A stretch of 63,759 bases of DNA, counting the filler, from Stramenopiles sp. TOSAG23-3 (Eukaryota), in the NCBI GenBank assembly GCA_900128585.1. It is 10 parts of 10 records of this genome, joined end to end, with 100 filler letters (N's around TTAATTAATTAA, not from the genome) between each part and the next. Parts side by side here need not be neighbours in the genome. Positions count along the whole stretch, not along the records: positions 28,702 to 38,136 come from LT642919.1; positions 38,237 to 47,648 come from LT642920.1; 8 more parts are not named here. The stretch is one strand, 5' to 3'. The position numbers and the translations under genes were made by a program. How positions within the stretch are numbered: position 1 is the first letter of the stretch; each line of letters starts with the position of its first letter. Shown here in pieces: positions 33,065-43,872 of the stretch. Below the pieces are notes generated by a model that was not told the DNA's origin, did no database searches, and worked only from the letters and a program-made list of their open reading frames with translations.

Positions 33065-36000
33065 ATGGAATCTGCCTCAAAAGAGCTGGAGCAGTTGCGG
33101 GCGCAGTATGGTGTGACCGTGAAAGTCGTCAAGGCCCAAGGGGAGTACATAAGCGACCTTGAGTCGAAGAATCTCGCGCTCACGAAGCACATCAAGGAGG
33201 GAAAGTCGGACGACTCGGAAGGGAACACGGTCCGACGCATGGCAGACCTGAAGCGCGGCGTGGAGTACTACAAAGCGCAAAGCGAGCAGGCGAAGAGGGA
33301 GAACGAGGACCTCCGCGCCAAGCTCTCGCTCTCAGAGGCGGAGGTGGAGGCGGCGGGCGGGATGAGGAATTCGTCGCTGTCCTCCTCCATCAACAGCTCC
33401 CGGCAGCAGGAGAGGATGACCCAGCTGGAAAAGGTCCACATGGACTCCGCGCAGTCGTGGGCGGCCGAAAAGGGGTCCCTCCAGGCGCTCATTGAAAAAA
33501 AACCAAGCGATGACGCTGGACCTTCAGAAGGCCCTGGCCCAGGAACGGGCGTCCAAGGAAATGGAGATAGAGGCCCAGGTCCAGGCCAGGGTTGACACGA
33601 TCACGTCCGCCGCCCGGGCCGGCGCGGAAACCGTGGAGCTCGCCTCGTTGCGCGTGGAGTGCGACCGCCTCCGGGGGATCGTAGGGGAGAAGGACGCCAG
33701 CGTGGCCAGCACGACCGACATGCTGGCGGAGGAGGTCACCAAGCTCCGGGACGCGCTGAACGAGGAGCGCCAGGACAACAGTTCGAAAAGGCACAAAATG
33801 GATTCCCACGTCAAGCGAACCCGCAAGCTGTTCCAAGAGCGAGAGATGGTCATCGCGGAGGAGCGGAAGGCGTTCGAGGACGAGATCGACCTCGTCAAGG
33901 AGACCTCCAAAAAGAAGGAGGGCGCGCTCCGAAAGCAGATACGGGAGCTGTCCCAGCAACTGGAGTCTCTGACCAACCATTTGGCCCAAAAGGGGGCCTC
34001 CGACGACCCCGCGGAGCGTGAGGAAATTTCCAGTGTGAAGGACGAGTACGAGCAAAGGCTCCGGAACGTCCTGAAAATGAGGGAGGAGAGCGAGACCAGG
34101 ACGCTGCAGGAGAAGAAGGACCTGATCGCCGAGTTCAAGCGGATGGAGGAACTCCGGGACCAGCGGGACGAGCAGAAAGAGAAAGAGGTGAAGGCGCGGT
34201 TTGCAGAGGCTGACGCCATGCTCCAAGCGTGGGAGCAGCGAGACAGCTCGCTGAAGGCCGACGCCCGGGCCTCCAAAGAGCGAATGGAGCAGGTGAGCCG
34301 CCTCGCGCAAGAACGGGACCAGTCCCTCCTGGAAGAGATCGAAAACATTCGAAAGGCCAACCAGCGCATGGAGGCGTTGACGGAGGGCCGCGAGAAGGCG
34401 AACGCGATGGAGGTGGAGGCCCTCCGGGCAGAAATGGTCCGGCTGCAAACGGCGTACACGAACCGGGAGCTCGGCACGAACGACCTGCGCGCGATCCACG
34501 AGGATGAGATGTCGAAGCTGAACGAGCTCCTCGACATGGCACGCGCCCGGATGGAGGACGGCCCGGGAGAGCAAACCTTGCACAAAGTCGAGGCAGAGCG
34601 CAAGGCCATTTTGAAAGAGCTGGACCAGGCCCGCCAGTCAAACTTGAAGCGCGAAGTCCAGCTCTCGGAACTCTCCGACAAGCACAGCAGAAGCGAGATG
34701 GAGCTGCGGCGCGCACTCTCCGAGGCGGTGGACGCCCTGGAGGCGGAGCAGGTGAACAAGCAAGAGTCGGTGAACCAAGCATTAGAAGAGATCGCCGCGC
34801 TGCGCAAACATTTAGAGGGGGCAAACTCTGCCCACAGCCGGTCGGAGGCCGCCGCGGCCAACGAGATCCGGCGCCTGACCGAGGAAAATAGCCGCCTCAA
34901 GTCAAAGCTGAAGGAGCAGCGCCAGTCGTTCGAGAAAGGGATCCAATCGCAAGAGAAGATCGTCCGGCAGCACATCAACCAACTCACTGGAGAGACGAAC
35001 ACGCTCCGGGAAACGATGGAGAAACTCCACCGAAACTTTCGCCTTTACCGGGAAAACGCGGAGAGGGAGCGAAAACGGTTGGTCGCGGAAATAGAAAAGT
35101 ACGATGCGGAGAAGATTAGCATCTATGAACTGATGCGAAAGAAGGAGGAGATGCACAAGCTTACCACCAACGAACTGGAAGGCCGATCCGATGTCCAGAG
35201 AAAAGAAATCGACGAGCTGGAAGCCGAGAACGCGCTGCTTCGCGACCAGGTCCACACGGAGACCTCGCTCAGCTTGCCGGGGCTGTGGCAAAGCCGCCAG
35301 CACGAAATGACAGAGGCCTTCGGCCGAACGTCCGAAGAGCTGATCATGCTGCGCGAGCGACTGTTCGAGCAAGAGGAGGAGCGCCGTGCAGAGGTGAAAC
35401 CGCTGCTGGTGGAGATCCAAATGCTTCGAGAAGCGCAGAAGCAGCATGAGAAGCAGCTGGAAGAAAGAAACAAGTTGTGGATCGAGGAGCGGGAACGGTT
35501 GCACAAAGATTTTGATGCCGCGCAGAAGCGCTCGGAGAAGGCCGAGGATTTGTTCAAGATGAAGACCGAAGTGCTGGTAGAAGAAATCAAAGTAATAGGA
35601 GAAACCAAAAAGCGCAATTTAACGCTGGAGGAAAATAGAAAGAATTTTGTGGAAGCAGAGCGCGAGTCGCTGGCCCGACAACGGGAGACCATGGAGTCCA
35701 ACTACGCAGCGAAAGTCGGGGCGGTGGAAGGGCACACACAGGGCCTAGAGGACGAGCTGAACCGTTTCAAAAAGGCAGTGGAAATGCAACGCCAACTCCT
35801 GGAAGTCACGAAGGAGGCAATAGACGCCCAGTACAAAGAGGAGATAGTAGTAGCCAACATGCGCGCTGTCACGGCAGAACAAATGCTGGCGACTGAGCAA
35901 GAGCAAATGGCGCGCCAGAAAACATTAACGGCCGAGTCAGAGATGATCATGACCTCGGAGCTGAGGGAATTGCGCGACGAGCTGAACCACCTGCGGCAAG

Positions 36001-36746
36001 TCACCACGGAGAAACACCTGGAACTTTCGAAAGAAAAAGCCTTGCTGGTGGGGGAAATCGAGCGCCTCGCCACCGCCCCAGGCGACCAGACGTCCGTTGC
36101 CTTTACGTACAAAGAACAGTTGCAGCTGGCGGAGGAAGCCACCAGGGAGAGGGAGGCCGCGATGGAGCAGCAGGTCGCGGCTCTTGAAGACTCGCTGTCC
36201 AAGCAGCGGCGGCTGAATGAGGAGCGTGCCGTCCAGCACGAAACCGAACTGCGCTCGTTCAAAGAAATCGCCCTGAACTCGCAAATCAAGCCCGCGGTGG
36301 AGTCTGCCAGCGATGCCAGCACCACGGCTACGATCTTTGCCCTTCGCGAACAAATTCGCCATGTCCGAAGCCAGGCCGACCGTGAGAAGAAAGACGTTCA
36401 GTCGCAAATGACGGAAATGCAACAATCCATGGGACGTCGCGAAGAACACTTGAAGCAACAAATCCTTAGTCTCCAGAGCAGGAACGATGTCATGACAACC
36501 CAACTGGACAAAAGTATACAAGAAATTACTAGGAACGGGAGCAACGTGGACGAACTGTTGCATGAGGTTAGAGCAAAATCGACGATAGAAATATCGTCCC
36601 TGCGCCAGCAAAACATGTTGCTTTCCAAGCAGGTTAGAGAGATGCAAGATGAAATGGAGCAACGAGAACGAATTTATCGGCAAAAGCACGATAAGATTGT
36701 TCGTTCTTTTCAACAGTTCAAAGCTGGTGGCGAGGCGAGGGCTTGA
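33065..36746 (+). CDS. Long cytoplasmic coiled-coil protein (about 1200 aa), apparent +1 frameshift at A8 run 33495-33502
   Basis: ORFs 33065-33595 and 33492-36746 overlap; removing one A gives ...ALIEKNQAMTLDLQ...; E/K/L/R-rich heptads throughout. Confidence 0.8.
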
Positions 36747-37117
36747 CACAATTATTTATAAATCTTTCACGAAATAAAATAGAAGAATATTAAATAGTTG
36801 AACTTATATATATATATAATTTTACCTATCATATCAATACACTGTTCTCATTATTATTTAAATACAAACAATTGATTTCTTCTTCTCTTTTGTCTTCTTC
36901 TTCCTCCCATTCTTCTTCTTTCTTCTTCTTCCTCCTCTCCTAATAATAGTCAAAACAATGTGACCAATCTATACAACCAATAAATTCCGTAAGTTTTGTC
37001 GAAATGATATAGAATATGCTTTGTTTTTCCAGCAAACGAATGTGAGCACCTTAGGAAAACTATTGCCATGCATCTTGGGTCATAAACGCTGGATTAAACG
37101 CCAAACCGAGCGCTATT

Positions 37118-38136
37118 ATGGCAGAGCGTTTGCTGCAGCACGCTGAGTTTATATGTGCACCCATGGTCCGTGGATCAGAGCTTCCTTTTAGAATGATGGT
37201 GCGGAAACATGGGGTGAAGTTGTGCTATTCACCCATGGTCAAATCGGAGCTATTGGTCAAGGGTTATGCGGGTGAACTTGCCTTGCTAGACACATGTCCA
37301 GAAGACCGGCCCCCTTGTCGTCCAACTGAGCGGTCGAGACCCAGGAACGTTGCGAATGGCCTGCCAAGTGATCCTCGAGAAAATCCCCGACGTGGACGCA
37401 GTGGATTTCAACCTAGGTTGCCCTCAAGAGTGCGCTTCGAAAGGAAAATATGGGGCATTCTTGTTGGAAGAACCTAGCGTTACTGAAGATTGCGTGAAGG
37501 CGTTGTGTGAATCCCTGCCTAGCACAGTACCAGTGTTTTGTAAAATTAGAAGAGCGGAGACTATCGAGGAGACTATTAAATACGGACGACTTCTGGAACA
37601 CTCTGGTTGCAAGTTGCTTGCAATTCACTGTAGGCTACGGAAAGATAAGCATGCATCCGTGCCTGATTATTCGTTTGCAAAAGCGTTGGTTGAGAATCTT
37701 GGCATACCGATCGTTGCGAATGGAGGCATTAATTCCAGGGGTATGGCGAGAAAGGTCATGGAAAAGACTGGCTGTGTCGGTTGTATGGTGGCAACTGAAT
37801 TGCTTCGTAACCCAAAATGTGGAACGCTAGGGGACAGTACGCCACCGGACCCCCGCCAGTCTTGCTTTGGAGTACCTCTATTTTTGTGAAAAGTATCCTC
37901 CTCCCAGTAGCTTGTACATAAGAAAACATTTGCGCTGGATTTTCCGGATGGAACTAGAACCGTCCATGCACGACTCCTCTCGTTCTTTTTCAGAGGCTGT
38001 CGAGAGCGAAGGCGGCTGGCGAATTAAGTTATGGACATTCTTGGTCCGACCCTACTTAGACAGTCTGTGGCAATTTCGGAAACTTATCGAGTACTACCAG
38101 TACATGGCCTCTGGGGTGGATTTTCGTCCTAAAGCC
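37118..38136 (+). CDS. tRNA-dihydrouridine synthase (DUS1-like), two apparent +1 frameshifts, 3' truncated
   Basis: APMVRGSELPFR, CYSPMV, EDRP|LVVQL, VDFNLGCPQ, YGAFLL, VPVFCKIR, IPIVANGGI. Frame changes at C5 runs 37310-37314 and 37850-37854. Confidence 0.88.
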
Positions 38137-38398
38137 NNNNNNNNNNNNNNNNNNNNNNNNNNNNNNNNNNNNNNNNNNNNTTAATTAATTAANNNNNNNN
38201 NNNNNNNNNNNNNNNNNNNNNNNNNNNNNNNNNNNNCTTCGGCGTTTCCCTGGTCTTCTCTGAACTCATTCCATGCTTTCGCGTATTTTTGGCCTTTGGC
38301 TCGTTCGTTGGTCAGATCTTTGCTGCATTTAAATACATAGCCAATTTTCTTGTTTTTATTTTATACCAAAATAACAGCCAATTTTCTTGTTTTTATTA

Positions 38399-40075
38399 TT
38401 ACAACCTGCTCCTCTTGTTCAGGAGCTTTGCTTTCTCTCGCAAGACGAATTTTTGAATTTTTCCCGTGGACGTTTTTGGGAGTGGCATGAAAACAACCGT
38501 TTTTGGACATTTAAATTTGGCTAATTTTGACCTGCAAAAAGCGATTAGTTCCTTTTCAGTTGCGACGGCCCCTGGTTTCAACTCCACAAATGCGCAAGGG
38601 GTCTCCCCCCACTTCTCGTCGGGGCGGGCAACTACCGCCGCGTCGGCCACGCTTGCGTGACCATACAGCACATCTTGGATTTCCACCGAACTGATGTTTT
38701 CCCCGCCCGATATGATAATGTCTTTGCTCCTGTCCGCTATTTGTACATACCCATCTTCGTGGATAACGGCGAGGTCGCCTGTGTGGAACCAGCCTCCCTT
38801 GAAGGCTTTCTCTGTCGCACTTTCGTTTTTCAGGTATCCTTTCATCACAATGTTCCCCCGCATGAATATCTCCCCGATGGTTTTCCCGTCCTTTTGGACA
38901 GGGCGCAAAGTCTCCGGGTCGGCGACCATTAAACCCTCCAACGAATGATACCTGACCCCCTGGCGTGACTTTTTCAACGCCCGCGCGGAAGAGTCCAGCG
39001 CGTCCCACTCTTTCTTCCAGCTGCAGACGACGGCAGGGCCGTACACCTCGCTCAGGCCGTAGACATGCGTTATGTCAATGTTCTGCTCTTTCATCGCAGC
39101 AAGAACCGGGGCAGGCGGCGGGGCGGCGGCGGTCATCATGTAAACGTTGTGGCGAAATACCCGGCGCTCGTTGTCCGTTGCGTTTATGATCATCTGCATG
39201 ATGATGGGGGCGCCACAAAAATGTGTCACCTTGTGGCTTTCGATGGCGCGGAAAATGTTCCCTGCGTTCACGTTGCGCAGGCAAACGTGGGTCCCGCAGA
39301 CCGCGGCAATAGTCCACGGGAAGCACCACCCATTGCAGTGAAACATTGGCAGCGTCCAAAGCATGACGACTTGTTGCTCTGTACTGAGGCTCCACGACAT
39401 TATGTTGCCAATGCTATTCAGGTATGCACCGCGGTGGTGGAGCAGGACTCCCTTTGGATTCCCCGTCGTCCCGCTCGTATAATTCAAAGCGATCGAATCC
39501 CACTCACTGCTTGGCCCGGGAAAATGTTCCCAGGACATCATCGAAGCCCCGCTCCCTGCCCCCAGCAATTCTTCGTACGTCATGTCGAAGCGCAAGGAAG
39601 GGTTCTCGGAAAATCCGGCCTGGGAATCCACAGCCTTTATCCTGCATGCGAGACGCTCCTGTTCGCCAGGTGCGAGCAGCGTCAGGGCCTCTGCTACGAC
39701 ACTGTCGTACTCCGAGTCCCATATGAACACTTTGGCCTCGCTGTGCTTTAGTATGAACGCGACGCCGGCAGGGTCGAGGCGAGTGTTTATCGAGCACAAG
39801 CAGGCACCGACTAGGGGTGCGGAAAAGTGCATTTCAAGCATCTCCGGGGTGTTGTTCAACATGACAGCGACTTGGTCTCCGACTTGTACCCTGCACGTAC
39901 CCTGCAAGGCCGTTGCTACTCCAATTACACGGTGAAAATACTCGGACCATGACCGGCGTATACTGCCATGAACAATGGCTAATTTTTTCGGGTACACGGA
40001 CGCCGCCCGCTGAAGAAACGTTAGCGGCGACAGAACGGCGTAGTTGCTTTCGCGCCTGCGCAGAAAGTCTGCCAT
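38399..40075 (-). CDS. Short/medium-chain acyl-CoA synthetase (DmdB/AAE-like) with PTS1 -SRL
   Basis: YTSGTTGNPKG, LPMFHCNGW, YGLSEVYGP, GWFHTGD, DRSKDIIISGGENISS, LPKTSTGKIQK; ends RSRL*. Confidence 0.93.
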   Translation of the reverse strand: MADFLRRRESNYAVLSPLTFLQRAASVYPKKLAIVHGSIRRSWSEYFHRVIGVATALQGTCRVQVGDQVAVMLNNTPEMLEMHFSAPLVGACLCSINTRLDPAGVAFILKHSEAKVFIWDSEYDSVVAEALTLLAPGEQERLACRIKAVDSQAGFSENPSLRFDMTYEELLGAGSGASMMSWEHFPGPSSEWDSIALNYTSGTTGNPKGVLLHHRGAYLNSIGNIMSWSLSTEQQVVMLWTLPMFHCNGWCFPWTIAAVCGTHVCLRNVNAGNIFRAIESHKVTHFCGAPIIMQMIINATDNERRVFRHNVYMMTAAAPPPAPVLAAMKEQNIDITHVYGLSEVYGPAVVCSWKKEWDALDSSARALKKSRQGVRYHSLEGLMVADPETLRPVQKDGKTIGEIFMRGNIVMKGYLKNESATEKAFKGGWFHTGDLAVIHEDGYVQIADRSKDIIISGGENISSVEIQDVLYGHASVADAAVVARPDEKWGETPCAFVELKPGAVATEKELIAFCRSKLAKFKCPKTVVFMPLPKTSTGKIQKFVLREKAKLLNKRSRL

Positions 40076-40554
40076 TTGGTATTGTGGTGGGGTGGGGTAG
40101 TAAGGAATGGATTTACTTCAACATCAATCGTAAACGTAAACGAAAAGAAGTGCAAACTCTTTTTCCTACGATTGGGTTATTCTGGTTCGTTGTATGTATA
40201 TTTATAGTTTATATATATACTCGGTTTAAGCGATTATTAAATAGTCGTCTTCTACTATAATAATATATTGAAGAAGAGCGAGAGAAACGACCGCGACGAC
40301 GACACGACGAAGAAAAAAAAAACAAAAAAAACAACAACAAAAAAAAACAAAAAGAAGAAGAAGAAGAAGTGCCGACGACGAAATTTGTATATTTATAAAT
40401 TAAGGATTTATTTCATAATACAAAACAAAAACAAAATACTTTGGTGTTAATTAAAATGGTTTATATTGTAACATTATATACTGTAAACTAAAAGATAAAC
40501 TAATTATTCTTTAAATCTCTATATATTTTTAAATACATTAAAATACCTTAATAT

Positions 40555-40797
40555 AGAAGAAAGAAAGAAATCTAAAAAAGAAAGAAAGAAATCTAAAAAA
40601 GAAAGAAATCTAAAAAAGAAAGAAATCTAAAAAAGAAAGAAAGAAAGAAATCTAAAAAAGAAAGAAAGAAAGAAAAGAAAGAAAGAGTCGAAAGAAAGAA
40701 AGGAAAGAAAGAAAGAAATCTAAGAAGAAAGAAAGAAATCTAAAAAAGAAAGAAGAAATCTAAAAAAGAAAGAAGAAAGAAAGAAAGAAAGAGAAGA
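40555..40797 (+). repeat. Compound minisatellite of (GAAA)n interspersed with ATCTAAAAAA units
   Basis: About seven GAAATCTAA(AAAA) units embedded in GAAA repeats. Confidence 0.85.
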
Positions 40798-41158
40798 ACC
40801 TCCGTCCCTTCTTCTTCTCTCCTCCCGATTCTTCTTCTTCTTTCTTCTTTCTCCTTTTTGTCTAATGTTATTATTATATAGATAAAAAAAAATAATGAAA
40901 AAGAAGAAGAAGAGTGAGTGAGTGAGGAGTAGAGTAGTGTTTGTTTTGTTAAAATATATTATTAGTTAATAAAATGTAAATATTAACACAGAAAATTCAC
41001 TTGTTTTATTACATCAATAGATTATCATCTAATGGAAAAAATAAGCACACCCAAAGATTGTTGCAATTTTTCATGTTCACATTTATATTTGCATTGTTCT
41101 CTCCAACGTTACGCCCTTCTTTCCCATTGGTGATATATATATATACGCCCGTTATAGA

Positions 41159-42664
41159 ATGAGCACTGAAGGGTTAGTGTCGTTCGAGTCGGCGTGGGCG
41201 TCCGTGGCGGGGGTCGTGGGGGGGGGTGGCGAAGGAGGCTCGTGCGCGGCGATTCTGTTTGACCTCGATGGGACTCTGTGTGACTCGTTTCAGTTAGGAT
41301 TTCAATCCACAAAAGAAGTGCTGGGCGTTGACTACCCAATTACTGAAGACGATTACCACCAAGGGACAAAGTTCTGCACTCCCGAACGCTTGGCACGACA
41401 CGTTGGGCTTGTACCAGGGACCGATGACTTTCAACGGACGGGCAAGCGCTTGGGGGAAAGCTTTGACAAACTGTACATAGCTAAAGTCAGCAAAGAGACG
41501 GCCCCGTTGTTCTCGGGCATTAAAGCCCTGTTGACCGCGCTTTCAAAGGAGAACGTACGCTTGGGTTGCTTGACGAATGCGGCGGTAGCCTACGCCCACG
41601 CGGTATTGGGAACGAACGAGATCAAAACACTATTTTCTTCCATTCATGGCGCGGACGACGTGCCAGAGCCGAAACCGTCGCCGCTAGGCCTGCTGCAATG
41701 TTGCTCTGATCTGGAGGACATCCATCCCTCCAAATGCATCTACATCGGGGATTCTCCCTCGGACGGTGCGGCGGGGAAAAGGGCGGGAATGATGACCGTC
41801 GGGTGCACCTGGGGAAGCCACAAACGGAACGTCCTTGAAGATTCCGGTAGTTTCGATTTCGTCATCGATGGGATCATTGAACTCTCTTTGATATTGGAAC
41901 AATTTGTCAAGGACATGCACCACCAGCCTGGTGGTGGCGGAATGGGGGGAGTCGCACCGGTTCGCCCCAATGCAGAAGAAGGCGTCGATGCGACGCTTGT
42001 CCAAGGTTTTTGTCGCATGGCGTGGCTGAATGAGCCAGGTGTAGCCGCCGACGGGAGCTGGTCCATGGAGAGCCCGAGAAAGTTGTGCCTGTGCCCTGGA
42101 AGCAAGACGGACTTGTGGCGCAAAACGTACTACACACCATTGCTGGTGATGGACAACGCGCCGGCATTGGTGGCAAAGATTGACCCGAACATTGCATTAA
42201 CGGCACAAGTGGAAGTTACGATGCGAAACGTGGGCAACAATTTTGACCAGGCTGGGATATACATCCGTTTTGATGCCTTGAACTGGATTAAAACCGGAAT
42301 TGAATTCGTCGAAGGGGAACCACGCCTCTCGTGCGTTGTCACGCGGAAAACCAGCGATTGGTCCACCCAGCCATGGGTCCACAATAGGAGCGAAACGTTG
42401 AGCCCGTCGGAGTTTACGAACTTCCACATTCGACTTACGCAGACCGGAGACGGCAGTTATGCTGTGGAGGCGTCGTTGTCTGGGCTTGAAAAGTCTTGGG
42501 AGTTCATTCGGATAACCCACATGGACCTGGTTGGGTTTCGGGAGGGATCCGTTGGAGTCTACGCATGCTGCCCTGTAAAGCAAAACGGTGGCGCCAAAGG
42601 CTTTAGTGCAACGTTTCAAGACTTTTCAGTGCAGAGAGGTGTAAAGTTCAGCCACACCAACTGA
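41159..42664 (+). CDS. HAD-family phosphatase (Gph/PpaX-like) fused to a DUF1349/Ree1-like domain
   Basis: ILFDLDGTLCDS, LTN, KPSP, YIGDSPSD; then KTDLWRKTYY...FDQAGIYIR...WIKTGIEF...LSCVVT..SDWS...VGVYACCP. Confidence 0.88.
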   Translation: MSTEGLVSFESAWASVAGVVGGGGEGGSCAAILFDLDGTLCDSFQLGFQSTKEVLGVDYPITEDDYHQGTKFCTPERLARHVGLVPGTDDFQRTGKRLGESFDKLYIAKVSKETAPLFSGIKALLTALSKENVRLGCLTNAAVAYAHAVLGTNEIKTLFSSIHGADDVPEPKPSPLGLLQCCSDLEDIHPSKCIYIGDSPSDGAAGKRAGMMTVGCTWGSHKRNVLEDSGSFDFVIDGIIELSLILEQFVKDMHHQPGGGGMGGVAPVRPNAEEGVDATLVQGFCRMAWLNEPGVAADGSWSMESPRKLCLCPGSKTDLWRKTYYTPLLVMDNAPALVAKIDPNIALTAQVEVTMRNVGNNFDQAGIYIRFDALNWIKTGIEFVEGEPRLSCVVTRKTSDWSTQPWVHNRSETLSPSEFTNFHIRLTQTGDGSYAVEASLSGLEKSWEFIRITHMDLVGFREGSVGVYACCPVKQNGGAKGFSATFQDFSVQRGVKFSHTN

Positions 42665-42885
42665 ACAGAGAATTGCCTTGTGCATCGGAGTGGATATAAA
42701 ATGAGTTCTACGATTGTGCCAGAGTAGCTTTTATCAGCATTGTTCACGTAAAAATTTGCCCGAATTTCTGTAACCGTAAGTATTAAAATTATTTTATGAT
42801 AAATAAAATGTACACAAGTTGAGAATTTTATCTTGAAAAATTACTCTGGACCATTTGCACAAGACCTAATTCCAATTAAGGGCAT

Positions 42886-43524
42886 TTAGTGGGGATCAAA
42901 ATGACCGTGGGGGTGAGAATGGCCGTGTGGTTCATGGTGATGGTGGTAGTGGTGGTGGTGCACAGTCTGACGGTGGCCAGCCACAACAGGGCGCGTGTAC
43001 AGTTTATTGGTGGTCTCGTTCAAAACTCCTCCTACCAATCCTATCTCTTCAAACGGTGTTGATTTGATGACATCTTTTGCTCGTATTGAGATTTGGTTCA
43101 GTCCTTGACTTGCTATAAACGGTATAGAGGTACCATAGTATACGCGCCCAATGCCCGACCACGCCAGCGCGCTCATGCACATGGAGCATGGTTCCGCGGA
43201 CGTGTACAGTTCCAACTTTGGCGCAACTTGGTACACTGTTAAGCCTTCCTTTTCCACCATTCCTGCTAGTTTGTTCAAAGCGTCCATCTCGCCGTGCCAA
43301 ATTGGGTTCGAGCTTGCATGGTTGTTTCCCTGAACAATTATTTCATTCTTCTCTGGGTCTACAATCACTGCGCCGTACGGAGCCCCCCCATCTTTTACGG
43401 CAGCCTGAGCCAGTTGCACGCAAACCTCCATGTAGGCTTGCTGCCGGGTTTCGTTGCTCCAACCGTGAGAGCCCTCACAGAGCAAAAACAGCAGGGAAAC
43501 GGTGACAAAACCCCACTGCAACAT
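42886..43524 (-). CDS. Secreted Zn-dependent nucleoside/nucleobase deaminase (cytidine-deaminase fold) with His-rich tail
   Basis: Signal peptide; PYGAVIV, HGE, LYTSAEPCSMC; C-terminal HHHHYHHHHEPHGHSHPHGHFDPH. Confidence 0.88.
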   Translation of the reverse strand: MLQWGFVTVSLLFLLCEGSHGWSNETRQQAYMEVCVQLAQAAVKDGGAPYGAVIVDPEKNEIIVQGNNHASSNPIWHGEMDALNKLAGMVEKEGLTVYQVAPKLELYTSAEPCSMCMSALAWSGIGRVYYGTSIPFIASQGLNQISIRAKDVIKSTPFEEIGLVGGVLNETTNKLYTRPVVAGHRQTVHHHHYHHHHEPHGHSHPHGHFDPH

Positions 43525-43872
43525 TTGTTGGTGTGAAAGAGCAATAGCCTGCAGGGGTGGGTACAGTACAGGTTTGGATTTGGGTTTACGTTGGAACTGA
43601 ATCGTTGGTTAAAAAACGATGGCAGCTTTCTATTCATATACAAACACTTTTTTGATCTTGTATATATATATTATAAACATCTTTGCTTCTTATTATTAGA
43701 AGAAGAAGAAGACTCCTCTTTCTGAAAAAAGAAGAAGGGAAGAAGAAGAAAAAGAAGAAGAAGAAATATAAAAAAAGAAGAAGCGAATTCGATTTGTGTT
43801 CTTTTTCAATTTATACTTGTATTGTATTTAGATTACACAATATACATAGGAGTAGTATGTAATTATGATACT

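Noticed and set aside
24531-36749. Long antisense or alternative-frame ORFs (e.g. 25379-26566, 29515-30357, 33524-35002)
   Set aside because: They are shadows of GC3-rich genes on the other strand or frame and have no independent motifs.
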